Part shown: one piece after another, positions 1-10,750 of the stretch
How the letters are laid out: each line of letters starts with the position of its first letter
How positions within the stretch are numbered: position 1 is the first letter of the stretch
DNA from: a bacterium
GTDB lineage: Bacteria; Patescibacteriota; Minisyncoccia; Phycocordibacterales; UBA9973
DNA length: 64,000 nucleotides
Direction of reading: 5' to 3'
Assembly (NCBI GenBank): GCA_037127795.1
Contig: JBAXXQ010000001.1
Span: 515,687-579,686 of the forward strand
Program-made: the position numbers and the translations under genes
Notes under the pieces: generated by a model
Databases searched by the model: none
What the model saw: the letters and a program-made list of their open reading frames with translations, nothing else
Told to the model about the DNA's origin: nothing

Positions 1-1490
1 TATTCGAGCTCGGTATCAGAATATTCTGGTACTACTATATGTGTGCCCTCAAAAGAATACCCGCAAAGTTTTTCATACAGTTTTGTAATACTTTCATTTT
101 GTACAAATGTACTCAAACAAGTAAATTGTATGAACAACCCTGGTGCAATAATCTTTTTGTCTATCTGCGGAATTTGTTCTGGTGTAATATTTTCTGGTGT
201 ATGATTTTGCAAAAAATTTTCAAAATCAGATTGCACTGCAGATTCTTTGAGTGACAATTCTTTTGCGATCATCTGTATATATTGTGATTGCTCAATATGA
301 GATTTCACCACAGCAAGTGCTGGGAATACTTCTGATTGCAACATACGAGGTATTGCTGCTGGTGAACTATTGAGTGGGATACGTGCAACAGCGGCTTGTA
401 TATATGTAGTACTTTGTGCAAGCAAATCCTTCCAACCTTGTGCTCCATGTGCGAGCAAAAAATCTGCAGGATCAGAACCTTCTGGTATGGTGACCACTTT
501 TGGATTCATACCGAGACTATATGCAACAAGTGCTGCTTTGTGTTGGGCTTTGATACCAGCACTATCCCCATCGAATGCCAAAATAATATTGGGTACCAAT
601 CGAGAAATGATTGCAAGATGAGAAAATACATCTTTTGCAGATTCATTTGATACAGCAGTACCAGAGGTTGCAATAGTATTTCTGAATCCATATTGATGAC
701 TGACCACCATATCCATCTGACCTTCTACAAGAATCGCAAAGTTGTGTTTTTTGATAGCAGCTTTTGCTTTATCAAAACCATATAATACTTTTGATTTGTG
801 AAAGAGACTTGTCTCAGGACTATTGAGATATTTTGGACCAGTATCACTATTGGGAAAAATTCTTCCAGAAAATCCTATCACACGCCCACTACTATCACAC
901 AACGGGAACATAATACGAGAGCGAAATCGATCATACAGACGAGTCTGTCCATCTTTTTCTACTTGTTTTACAATACCCATTTCTTGTGCGATTTTTTTAT
1001 CATCAGATGAAGATAAGCTTTGTGCAATATATTGCCACTCATCGGGCACATACCCGATGCGGAAATTGGTAATAGTTTCTTCTGTTATTCCCCGAGAAGT
1101 CAGATACGCAAGCGCTGCGGGATTGTTTTGTAAACTTTGTTGATACTTGGTAGTGATCATTTCCAAAAATGCATATCCATCAGGACTTGTTGCGTCTTGT
1201 TTTTCGTATACAAGCTCTACCCCTGCGCGTTCTGCGAGTAATTTCAAAGTACCTTTGAAATCAAGCCCTTCAAACTTTTCTACAAAAGAGAATATATCCC
1301 CTTTTGCCCCACAACCAAAACAGTAGTAAAAACCACTGGCTGGAGACACACTAAATGAAGGTGTCTTTTCGTTATGAAATGGGCATCGTGCCTTGAACTG
1401 AGTTCCAGCAGGAATAAGAGTGATATAGCCAGACAGAACTTCTGCAATAGGCAATCGATCTTTTATTTGTTCGATTACCGTTCTAGACAT
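1..1490 (-). CDS. dnaG: DNA primase DnaG; N-terminus at 1490, runs off the window start so the C-terminus is missing
   Basis: Minus-strand translation from the ATG at 1490..1488 gives MSRTVIEQIKDRLPIAEV..., a CHC2 zinc finger (CPFHNEKTPSF...CFGCGAKGD), and a TOPRIM region (EGQMDMV, FDGDSAGIKA). It is absent from the ORF track because no stop falls inside the window. Confidence 0.85.
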   Translation of the reverse strand, partial: MSRTVIEQIKDRLPIAEVLSGYITLIPAGTQFKARCPFHNEKTPSFSVSPASGFYYCFGCGAKGDIFSFVEKFEGLDFKGTLKLLAERAGVELVYEKQDATSPDGYAFLEMITTKYQQSLQNNPAALAYLTSRGITEETITNFRIGYVPDEWQYIAQSLSSSDDKKIAQEMGIVKQVEKDGQTRLYDRFRSRIMFPLCDSSGRVIGFSGRIFPNSDTGPKYLNSPETSLFHKSKVLYGFDKAKAAIKKHNFAILVEGQMDMVVSHQYGFRNTIATSGTAVSNESAKDVFSHLAIISRLVPNIILAFDGDSAGIKAQHKAALVAYSLGMNPKVVTIPEGSDPADFLLAHGAQGWKDLLAQSTTYIQAAVARIPLNSSPAAIPRMLQSEVFPALAVVKSHIEQSQYIQMIAKELSLKESAVQSDFENFLQNHTPENITPEQIPQIDKKIIAPGLFIQFTCLSTFVQNESITKLYEKLCGYSFEGTHIVVPEYSDTELE

Positions 1491-1492
1491 TA

Positions 1493-4400
1493 TTAGTCTT
1501 CTCTCTTTATGTTATTAACATCAAGTACACTTCTTTCTCGGAAGCCTGTACCTGCAGGAATAAGTCGTCCTACGGTTACATTTTCTTTGAGACCACGGAG
1601 TGTATCTACACCACCCTTTACTGCGTTTGCAATAAGCACACGGTTTGTGTTTTGGAATGAGGCAGCTGAGATCCAAGATTTTGCATGAAGAGATGTTTGA
1701 GTAATACCAAGGATGATGAGTTCTCCTTTTGCTTCTCGCAATCCTGCAGTATGCATACGATCATTTTCTTCCATGAATTCTGTTGCTTCTACAACATCTC
1801 CAGGTGAGAATGATGTGTCTCCTGCATCTTTGATCTTACGACGTGAGAACATTTGGCGAACGATAATCTCAAGGTGTTTACGAGCGATAGATGCACCTTG
1901 CAATTCGTACACTTTTGTAATTTCACGAATGATGTAGTCTTCTGCAGCTTCTCGTCCTCCTGCGTGATACACATCTTCAATAGAAGCAGATCCATCTGTA
2001 AGAAGTTCTCCTGCTTTTACTTCTTGTCCAACTTTTACAATTGGTACACGACGTGCAGCAACAGTATATTCTACAGATTCTTTTTTAGAATCGAGCTTAT
2101 CTGAAAGTACTACGATTTTCTTTTCTCCGTCTTCGTCTTTGATATCTGCAACAGTACCACCAAATTTTGCTACTACTGCTGGATTTTTTACATTACGGTT
2201 TTCAAAGATTTCTTCAACACGAGGAAGACCTTGGGTAATATCAACTCCTGAAAGTCCACCGGCGTGGAATGTTCGAAGAGTAAGCTGTGTACCTGGTTCT
2301 CCGATAGCTTGTGCAGCTACGATACCTACTGCTTCACCTTTTTCAATCCATTTGTTTCGTCCAAGATCAAGACCATAACAAGTTCGGCAAATACCGTACA
2401 CTGTGCGACATGTCATAGGAGTACGAGCAAATACTTCTTGTATTCCTGATTTTTCAATTGCCATAGCATCATCCTTACTTACGAGGTGACCTTTTTTGAA
2501 CAATGTTTGTCCATCAACAACAATATCTTTTGCGAGTACACGGCCACGAATATTTTTTGAAAGAGGAATTTCAAATCCTGAAATAACTTCTTTAGTAATA
2601 GACTTCACCGCTTTTGTTCCACAGTCTTCTTCTGTAATGATCACATCTTGTGCAACATCAACGAGACGACGAGTAAGGTATCCAGCACGAGCAGTATTGA
2701 GCGCTGTGTCGGCAAGACCTTTACGTGAACCGTGAGTTGTAATGAAGTATTCAATTGGAGAAAGACCTTCCTTGTATGATGGAATAATTGGGAAGTCGAT
2801 AGTACGTCCTGTAGTGTTTTGGATCATACCTTTCATACCTGCCATCTGAGTAACCTGAGACATACTACCTCGAGCACCTGAAGTGATAAGGTCATATACT
2901 GAAGAGTGTTTTACTACAGTAAGCACAAGAGCTTTTTCAATCTCTGTTTTTGCTTTTTCCCAAATACCGATAACTTTTTGATATCGCTCTTCTTCTGAAA
3001 GCAATCCATCTTCAAATTGTGATCGTACTTCTTCTGCAAGTGCACGGTATTTTGCAATAATTTCTGGCTTTTCTTTTGGCACCATTACGTTATCAATTGC
3101 CCATGTTGTTCCTGAGAGCGTTGCGTATTTGTATCCGAATGCTTTGATACGATCAAGTACTGGTGCAATAGGATCGATACCATACTTACTGATCAATGTA
3201 TCAACAAGCGCAATCATTTTCTTTGAAGTAAGTTCTTCGTTTACGAATGGGAAATCTGCAGGCAATGTTGCATTGAAGAGTAAACGTCCAACAGTTGTCT
3301 CAAATGCTTTACCTGTATATGCAGCATACTTAACTTTTTCTGTACCAAGTACGTGGATTTTTGCACGATATGAAACCATATCAAAATCTGCAGCAGTGAT
3401 AGCTTCGTTTGGACTACCGAAGTATTTTCCTTCACCTTTATCTCCTTCTACGATAGATGTCATCCAGTATGAACCAAGGATGATATCCAACATTTTTGAT
3501 GAAACGATAGGCTCACCATTTTGTGGCTTAAGAAGGTTTTTGTCAGCAGCAATAAGTGTTGCAACTTCTTTTTGTGAAATATCAGAAAGTGGCAAGTATA
3601 CTCCCATCTGGTCTCCGTCGAAGTCGGCGTTGAACGCTGGACAAACGAGTGGGTGAACCTTGATAGCATTACCTTCAATAAGTACTGGTTGGAATCCTTG
3701 AATACCAAGACGGTGAAGTGTTGGTGCACGGTTCAACAATACATATTTTCCTTTAATACATTCTTCGAGGATTGCCCATACTTCTGGGATACCATCTTCT
3801 ACAAGTTTGTTTGCACCACGGATATTGTATGCGAGTTCTCGTTCGATTATTTTTGAAATAACGAATGGGCGGAACAATTCAAGTGCCATGTGTTTTGGAA
3901 GACCACATTGATTGAGTTTCAATGTTGGACCAACAATAATCACAGAACGACCTGAGTAGTCTACACGCTTACCGAGCAAGTTTTGACGGAACAACCCTTG
4001 TTTTGATTTGAGGTTGTCTGCGAGAGATTTGAGTGCACGGCGTTGTGCTTGTGACATTGCAGGAGAGTCTTGTCCGGCAATTGAGTTGTCGATAAGAGCA
4101 TCTACTGCTTCTTGCAAGATACGTTTTTCATTTCTCAAAATAACGTCTGGTGCAGAAATTTCTTTCAACTTTTTCAAACGATTATTTCGGTTGATAACAC
4201 GACGATACAAGTCATTGATATCACTTGTTGCATGACGTCCTCCTTCGAGTGCTACCATTGGGCGAAGTGCTGGTGGTATAACTGGGATAGTAGTAAGGAA
4301 CATCCATTCTGGACGAATATCTGCGTACATGAGTGAGCGGATAAGTGCAAGACGCTTTTGCAATTTTTCTTTTTCTGCAGCACCTGATTTCTCAAGAAGC

Positions 4401-5107
4401 TTTTCTGTTTCTCCTTTTATTTTTTCGAGATCAAGTTGCTTGAAAAGATCGTATACTGATTCAGCACCAATACCTGCATCAAATGCAGAACCATACTTCA
4501 ATGAGAAGTGGTGGTATGACATTTCAGTCAATACTTTTCCTACACGCAAATCTGCGAGTTCTTTTTTGGTATTAGTAAGCAATGTACGAAGCTTGTCGCG
4601 AGTGTCTTCATCTGCAGCATTTTTCAATTTGTTTTTAAATTCCAAATCAAGATCTGCAAGAATACGAGTACGTTCATCTTCATGTACTGCTGTCACAATA
4701 TATCCAGCAAAGTACACAACCTTTTCGAGATCTGTAAGAGATACGTTGAGCAAGATACTCATACGTGAAGGAACTCCACGCAAGAACCAAATATGTGCTA
4801 CAGGAGAAGCAAGTTCAATGTGCCCCATTCGTTCTCGGCGAACGATTGATTCTGTGATTTCAACTCCACACTTTTCACATGTGATACCTTTATATCGAAT
4901 ACGTTTATATTTTCCACAGTAACATTCATAGTCTTTTTCTGGACCGAATATTCTTTCGTCAAAAAGACCTCCGCGCTCACTACGTGATGTACGGTAATTG
5001 ATTGTTTCTGGTTTTGTTACTTCACCAAAACTCCATTCCTTGATTTTTTCAGGACTTGCGAGCTTGAGTGTAATTTGGTCAAAATTTGTTGTATCTAATG
5101 TTTTCAT
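1493..5107 (-). CDS. rpoC: DNA-directed RNA polymerase subunit beta-prime
   Basis: 1204-aa ORF with the NADFDGDQM catalytic motif, a zinc-binding CxxC N-terminus, and trigger-loop and bridge-helix regions. It lies directly downstream of rpoB. Confidence 0.97.
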   Translation of the reverse strand: MKTLDTTNFDQITLKLASPEKIKEWSFGEVTKPETINYRTSRSERGGLFDERIFGPEKDYECYCGKYKRIRYKGITCEKCGVEITESIVRRERMGHIELASPVAHIWFLRGVPSRMSILLNVSLTDLEKVVYFAGYIVTAVHEDERTRILADLDLEFKNKLKNAADEDTRDKLRTLLTNTKKELADLRVGKVLTEMSYHHFSLKYGSAFDAGIGAESVYDLFKQLDLEKIKGETEKLLEKSGAAEKEKLQKRLALIRSLMYADIRPEWMFLTTIPVIPPALRPMVALEGGRHATSDINDLYRRVINRNNRLKKLKEISAPDVILRNEKRILQEAVDALIDNSIAGQDSPAMSQAQRRALKSLADNLKSKQGLFRQNLLGKRVDYSGRSVIIVGPTLKLNQCGLPKHMALELFRPFVISKIIERELAYNIRGANKLVEDGIPEVWAILEECIKGKYVLLNRAPTLHRLGIQGFQPVLIEGNAIKVHPLVCPAFNADFDGDQMGVYLPLSDISQKEVATLIAADKNLLKPQNGEPIVSSKMLDIILGSYWMTSIVEGDKGEGKYFGSPNEAITAADFDMVSYRAKIHVLGTEKVKYAAYTGKAFETTVGRLLFNATLPADFPFVNEELTSKKMIALVDTLISKYGIDPIAPVLDRIKAFGYKYATLSGTTWAIDNVMVPKEKPEIIAKYRALAEEVRSQFEDGLLSEEERYQKVIGIWEKAKTEIEKALVLTVVKHSSVYDLITSGARGSMSQVTQMAGMKGMIQNTTGRTIDFPIIPSYKEGLSPIEYFITTHGSRKGLADTALNTARAGYLTRRLVDVAQDVIITEEDCGTKAVKSITKEVISGFEIPLSKNIRGRVLAKDIVVDGQTLFKKGHLVSKDDAMAIEKSGIQEVFARTPMTCRTVYGICRTCYGLDLGRNKWIEKGEAVGIVAAQAIGEPGTQLTLRTFHAGGLSGVDITQGLPRVEEIFENRNVKNPAVVAKFGGTVADIKDEDGEKKIVVLSDKLDSKKESVEYTVAARRVPIVKVGQEVKAGELLTDGSASIEDVYHAGGREAAEDYIIREITKVYELQGASIARKHLEIIVRQMFSRRKIKDAGDTSFSPGDVVEATEFMEENDRMHTAGLREAKGELIILGITQTSLHAKSWISAASFQNTNRVLIANAVKGGVDTLRGLKENVTVGRLIPAGTGFRERSVLDVNNIKRED

Positions 5108-5127
5108 AAATATATACTCCTACAAGA

Positions 5128-8100
5128 TTACGCTTCTAATATTTCTTCATCAGCATTGATTTCGACTTTTGTTTTTCCCAAATCAACATCAAGGGCAAGA
5201 CCTCTAAGGTAATTCAACATCACAGAGAATGATGCAGGAATATTTGGATCCTTGATAGTCTCTCCTTTAATAATAGAATCGAATGTTGCAGCACGTCCAC
5301 GAATATCGTCAGACTTGATAGTAAGCATTTCACGAAGCACATGAGATGCACCGTATCCTTCCAATGCCCAGACCTCCATTTCTCCAAAACGTTGACCTCC
5401 AGATTGTGCCTTACCTCCGAGTGGTTGTTGTGTGATAAGAGAGTACGGACCGATAGAACGCATGTGAATCTTGTCTTCTACCATGTGGTGAAGTTTCAAG
5501 ATATACATGTATCCAATAGAAATATCTTGTTCGAATTTTGTTCCGGTACGACCATCAAAGAGTGGTACCTTACCTGTTTCTGGAAATCCAGCTTTTACAA
5601 GCTCTTGTTTGATTTCTGTATCTGTTGCTCCACAGAATGGTGGCACTATAGCTTGGTAGCCAAGTGTGTGTGCAGCAAGACCCAAGTGAAGCTCAAGAAT
5701 CTGTCCGAGGTTCATACGTGAAGGCACACCGAGTGGAGTAAGTACTACATCCACAGGAGTTCCATCTGCCATGTATGGCATATCTTCTTCTGGAAGCACT
5801 ACTGAGATAACCCCTTTGTTTCCGTGACGTCCAGCAAGCTTGTCACCTACTGAGATATTACGAAGCTGTGCAACTTCAATAACGATTTTCTTGAGTACTC
5901 CTGATTCAAGTGTGTGTCCTTGTTCTCGTGAGAATACTTTTACACGAATAATACGTCCACGCTTTCCGTGATCCATCTTAAGTGATGTATCTTTTACATC
6001 ACGAGCTTTTTCAGCAAAGATTGAGCGGAGCAATCTTTCTTCTGGAGTAAGTTCTGTCTCACCTTTTGGTGTAATTTTACCAACCAAAATATCTCCTTCT
6101 TTTACTTCTGCACCAACACGGATAATACCTTCTTCATCAAGATCTTTGAGACGAGCTTCACCAACGTTTGGAATATCACGAGTAGTTATTTCTTGACCAA
6201 GTTTTGTATCACGAACTACACAAGTGAATTCTGCAATATATACAGAAGTAAGTTTTGAGTTTTTGATAACACGCTCTGACAAAATAATAGCGTCCTCGAA
6301 GTTTGCACCATTCCATGACATGAATGCTACGAACATGTTTTGACCGAGAGAGATTTGTCCATCAGCTGTTGTACTTGCATCAGCAAGAACTGCGCCTTTA
6401 GCAACTTTTTGTCCAACACTCACTGCTGGTCGGTGATGATATGCACCACTTTGGTTTGTTCTTTCGAATGTGAGGAATTTGTATGTAGTATCTTTTCCTG
6501 TTGCATCTTCTTTTACTACAACTTTTGCAGCATCAACATAGGTTACTGTTCCTGCATTTGCGGCAATAACCATACGTCCTGAATATGGAGCAGCCATACC
6601 TTCGATACCTGTTGCAACCAACGGTACTTCTGGACGAATAACTGGTACTCCTTGTTTTTGCATGTTACTTCCCATCAATGCACGGTTTGCTTCGTTGTGT
6701 TCCAAGAATGGAATCATACTTGTTGCAAGAGAGAATGCTTGGTTTGTTGCAATGTCGATATAATCAACTTCTTTTCTTGCGACAATACCAGGAGAAGTAC
6801 GAATACGAGCCTCTACACGTTCTGGAAGAGCTCCTTTGTCGTCTGTTGGCATACCTGCATGTGCAATAACAAACTTTTCTTCTTCTGCAGCATTGAGGTA
6901 TACGATTTCACTAGTTACTTTTCCATCTTTTACTTTTGCATATGGAGTTTCAATAACACCGAATTCATTGATACGAGCATAGATTGCCTGACGAAGAATA
7001 AGACCAATGTTTGGACCTTCTGGAGTGTGGATTGGACATACACGACCGTAGTGAGATGTGTGCACGTCACGAACTTCAAGAGTTGCGCGATCACGAGTCA
7101 AACCTCCGGGACCAAGCGCAGACAATGTACGTAGCTCTTCGAGCTCTGCCAAGATATTTTCTTGGTTCATAAATTGTGAGAGTTGGTTTGTAGTAAAGAA
7201 TTCTTTAATACGAGCTTGGAGAGGACGTTGGTTTACTACTTGTATAGGTAATGCACTTCCTGCATCAATAGTAGACATACGATCTTGTACATTTCGTTTG
7301 ATTTGTGTAAGACCCATGTAAATTTTTTGTTGCAACAATTCACCCATGAATCGAACGCGACGTGAAGAAAGGTTGTCGATATCATCTGGCTTTGCACCTG
7401 GTGTAGTATTCAATGCAACGATATTTGAAATAATGTGCATGAAATCTGAAACTGCAAGAGTTTTTTGTTTCATTGCTTCATCTCCCATATCGAGACCGAA
7501 ACGCTTGTTGAAACGGAAACGTCCAACAGAAGAAAGATCATAGCGATCTTCCCCAAAGAGATTTTTGATAAATTCTTTTGCATTGTCTGCTGTTGCGAGA
7601 TCACCATCGCGGAGTTTTCGGTAAATTTCTACAAAACTTTCGTCTTGTGTTTTTGTAGGATCTTTTTCAATACAGAATGCTACTACTTTTTGCACTTCTT
7701 CTGGAGCATTTTTGAATGCTGCCATAATATCCTTGTCTTCTGAGAGACCAAGTGCGCGCAACAAAGTAATGATAGGAAACTTACGCTTCTTATCGATACG
7801 TACATATATAGTACCGTCAGTATCTGACTCAATTTCAATCCAAACACCCCTGTTTGGAATTATTTTTGCGCCGAAAAACTTTTTACCTTTGAGTTCGAGT
7901 TCTGTGAAGAATACTCCTGAAGAACGAGAGAGTTGTGGAATGATTGTTCGCTCAACACCATTTATGATGAAAGTACCGTGATTTGTCATCACTGGGATAT
8001 CAGCCATAAAGAGTTCTTGCTCTTTTTCACTTCCTGATTGTTTGTTTGTGAGTTTTACTCGTGCCTTAAGTTGGCATTCGTATGAAAGTTTGTTTTCTTT

Positions 8101-8343
8101 TGCGTAGTGCTCATCAATTTTTGGCTCTACCAAATGAAATGATAAAAAGTCGAGTTGAAACTTTTTACCTGAATAGTCGAGGATTGGGGTAAATTCTTTA
8201 AATGTCTCCTTAATACCTTTTTCTACCAACCATGCATATGAATCAAGTTGGTGTTGAATAAGGTTAGGGAATTCTACTAAGGGTTTTTTGTATTTAGAAA
8301 AATACTTTTTAGGACGTACATCTATGTGGGGTGTGGTACTCAT
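5128..8343 (-). CDS. rpoB: DNA-directed RNA polymerase subunit beta
   Basis: 1071-aa ORF with conserved RpoB blocks ([28 protein letters not shown]; the rifampicin-cluster region [16 protein letters not shown]; C-terminal [21 protein letters not shown]). Confidence 0.97.
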   Translation of the reverse strand: [1071 protein letters not shown]

Positions 8344-8487
8344 TTTTTGTATATATAACGCAAAATTGGCCGCAAAAGGACACGCCTTCAGGGCTTTCTA
8401 ATAAAACTCTCTTAATAACAAACAGTATTTCTAATCGTAACTCTTCCGTCGTCTGTAGGAATTTACTATATACCTTTATAATATATA

Positions 8488-8532
8488 TGTCAAATACAAA
8501 AACAGCGACACTTGATTTTTAGTGTCGCTGTT
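8488..8532 (-). terminator. Rho-independent terminator downstream of the trmD operon
   Basis: Perfect 12-bp inverted repeat AACAGCGACACT/AGTGTCGCTGTT (8501-8512 and 8521-8532), followed on the minus strand by TTTGTATTTG. Confidence 0.6.
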
Positions 8533-8536
8533 ATAT

Positions 8537-8731
8537 TTAATTAAATGATTCTACAACCTCATCGTTTGACCATACCTTATTATAAAGGTTGGTTCCTGTT
8601 GGATTCCTCCAACTTGATCTAAAGAAAGAAATTATTATATGTTCCTTTTTTATCTCGGGAATGACTATTGGTTCTTGATTTTGAATCCTTTTTTTTATCT
8701 CTTGAAGTTTTTTTCTTTCTATACGTGTCAT
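8537..8731 (-). CDS. small hypothetical protein (64 aa), between trmD and its terminator
   Basis: ORF lies inside the operon between the trmD stop and the hairpin; no recognisable motif. Confidence 0.25.
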   Translation of the reverse strand: MTRIERKKLQEIKKRIQNQEPIVIPEIKKEHIIISFFRSSWRNPTGTNLYNKVWSNDEVVESFN

Positions 8732-8806
8732 GACCGTTATTTTTATATATAATAGCAGATATATATAAAAATGTCAAGTACTTACACCATGTGTATATGA
8801 AAAGCC

Positions 8807-9508
8807 TTATTTTTGCTGGTTTTTACGCCATTCTTCGATCTTTTTATGATCTCCATTGAGTAATACCTCTGGGACCTTATATTTCTTCCCTTTTTCCTTT
8901 TTAGACTGTGGCCATATGAGCGTATCTGGACGTGTATACACACGAGGGCTAGCAATACGGGCTTCTTCGAGAGAGTCTACACTACCGAGCACTCCAGGGA
9001 TTTGGCGTGCTACAGCATCGGTCATAATAAGCGCTGGGAGCTCCCCTCCTGTAAGCACGTACTCGCCTATCGAGTATTCATCCGCTTTGAGGATTTTGCG
9101 TACACGATCGTCTACCCCTTCATACCGCCCACAAATAAAGACTATATCGGTGTACTGTTTGGCAAATTTTGTCGCAACAGTATTGGTAAACATTTTTCCG
9201 CTCGGTGAAAGCTGTATAACCTTTATCTTTGGTGCGACAACCTTTCTTTGACCTGCCGAAGTTTTAACGGAGGCAGTTTTAAACTTAAGCTTAGAAAATG
9301 CACGCAATATTGGCTCTGCAGACATCACCATACCAGGACCACCACCATATGGTTTGTCGTCCACTTTATTATGTCTATCAGTACTAAAGTCGCGAATATT
9401 TGATACATCAAAAGACACGAGCTTTTTTTCTTCTGCCCGCTTCAATATAGACTCCCCTGTATATGAGGTAATCATCTCTGGAAAAATAGTAAGATAATGA
9501 AATTTCAT
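8807..9508 (-). CDS. trmD: tRNA (guanine37-N1)-methyltransferase TrmD
   Basis: MKFHYLTIFPEM N-terminus, GGGPGMVM and RYEGVDDRV motifs. The track ORF extends to a GTG at 9574; the ATG at 9508 matches the canonical TrmD start. Confidence 0.9.
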   Translation of the reverse strand: MKFHYLTIFPEMITSYTGESILKRAEEKKLVSFDVSNIRDFSTDRHNKVDDKPYGGGPGMVMSAEPILRAFSKLKFKTASVKTSAGQRKVVAPKIKVIQLSPSGKMFTNTVATKFAKQYTDIVFICGRYEGVDDRVRKILKADEYSIGEYVLTGGELPALIMTDAVARQIPGVLGSVDSLEEARIASPRVYTRPDTLIWPQSKKEKGKKYKVPEVLLNGDHKKIEEWRKNQQK

Positions 9509-9605
9509 ATAATACATAGTACGTAAAAATACCAATGTGTCAAATATATAATTTGACTTTATACCCCATAACACATATAGTGAGCAAAATTAAAAACAGC
9601 ACATT

Positions 9606-10040
9606 ATGGAAAAAGGTAAAAAAATTGCTTTTCAAAGCCTTAGTAGTTTTTTCAAAAAAGCCACTATAGGGAAAAATCCTATCTTTAAAGCCTGTGTAGA
9701 TCTTGCAAAACAATACTGCAACGAACTACAAGACCAGGCAGTAAGGAACTTTTTACAACAACAAGAAAAATTTTCTTGTTTTGATCAAGACATTTGGGAT
9801 CTTCTACAAAAAGAAACAAGTGCTATCTCAGACAGAATTTCTTTTATCTCAGACTTTTCTTTGTTTGTAGATATTGCACAAGATTTATTCAAAGGTGTAG
9901 ATATTTCAGAGTTTGAAACTACCAACGAATACAGAGGTTCAAAACCTGCCACTATTCCACCATCTGAAGCATACACATGGAGATCGACAGCAGATGAGCT
10001 CCTAAAAAACTATCGTAACAAAGAGCCACTTATTATATAA
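9606..10040 (+). CDS. hypothetical protein (144 aa), on the opposite strand inside the rpsP-KH-trmD locus
   Basis: Complete ORF followed by a hairpin and T-run; no recognisable domain. Confidence 0.45.
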   Translation: MEKGKKIAFQSLSSFFKKATIGKNPIFKACVDLAKQYCNELQDQAVRNFLQQQEKFSCFDQDIWDLLQKETSAISDRISFISDFSLFVDIAQDLFKGVDISEFETTNEYRGSKPATIPPSEAYTWRSTADELLKNYRNKEPLII

Positions 10041-10057
10041 GCGGCTCTTTATTTTTT
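10021..10057 (+). terminator. putative rho-independent terminator
   Basis: AAGAGCC...GGCTCTT stem (10021-10027 and 10043-10049) followed by TTTATTTTTT; the loop includes the stop codon of ORF 9606..10040. Confidence 0.45.
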
Positions 10058-10346
10058 ACAGATCATTCAATCCGTCATCTAGATCAAATCCTTGTTTTTC
10101 AAAACCAGCAGGTTCGTTTATTTTGAGATTTACGCGAGCATTGTTTTTCATCCCTACTACACGGAGCAATGTACGAATAGCTTTTGCAGTATTTCCAGAA
10201 CGTCCAATAATCTTACCCATATCTGCTGGTGCAACAGCAAGTGTAAGTAATACCCCCATCTCGTCGACAGTACGATCTATTTTTACTTCAGCAGGATTTT
10301 CTACCAACGCTTTTACTACCATTTCTAGGAATTCTTTATCAGACAT
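10056..10346 (-). CDS. KH-domain RNA-binding protein (YlqC/UPF0109 type)
   Basis: 96 aa with GKIIGRSGNTAKAIRTLL (the KH GXXG loop); syntenic position between rpsP and trmD. Confidence 0.75.
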   Translation of the reverse strand: MSDKEFLEMVVKALVENPAEVKIDRTVDEMGVLLTLAVAPADMGKIIGRSGNTAKAIRTLLRVVGMKNNARVNLKINEPAGFEKQGFDLDDGLNDL

Positions 10347-10438
10347 ATATGAGTTAGATTATTTTATGTGAGTAATATATAAAGTATAGCAAACAGAAAA
10401 CAAAAAAGAAGTTTGTATACTTCTTTTTTGTGGATTAC

Positions 10439-10750
10439 TTATTTCTTCTTTTTAGGAGCATCTTTACGTTTTACTGTAGGAGATTTTTTAGAAAGTGAAT
10501 TTCTTTTCTTTCCTTCAACAATACCTTGCTTCACGAGCATATTGTGAGCAGTATCTGAAAGTTGCACTCCGTGTGAGAGCCAGTGTTTGATACGGTCAGC
10601 CTTGAGATCAACCTTATCTGATTTTACTGTATATGCTCCAAGTACTTCCAAAAACTTACCACTTTGTGGGCCATTTTTTGATTCTGTAACAACGAGGCGG
10701 AATGCCGCTTCGTTCTTTCTTCCTATGCGTTGTAGTCTTATTTTCAACAT
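10439..10750 (-). CDS. rpsP: 30S ribosomal protein S16
   Basis: MLKIRLQRIGRKNEAAFRLVV... matches the canonical bS16 N-terminus. The track ORF begins 6 codons earlier (10768). Confidence 0.9.
   Translation of the reverse strand: MLKIRLQRIGRKNEAAFRLVVTESKNGPQSGKFLEVLGAYTVKSDKVDLKADRIKHWLSHGVQLSDTAHNMLVKQGIVEGKKRNSLSKKSPTVKRKDAPKKKK

Noticed and set aside
3129-4922. Plus-strand ORFs of 175-197 aa (3129..3656, 4329..4922) and several 60-90-aa ORFs inside rpoC
   Set aside because: They are antisense to a high-confidence essential gene and have the Ser/Pro/Arg-rich composition typical of antisense frames. Spurious.
6340-7981. Plus-strand ORFs (for example 6652..7134, 160 aa) inside rpoB
   Set aside because: Antisense to rpoB, Cys/Phe-rich junk composition, no signals. 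Spurious.
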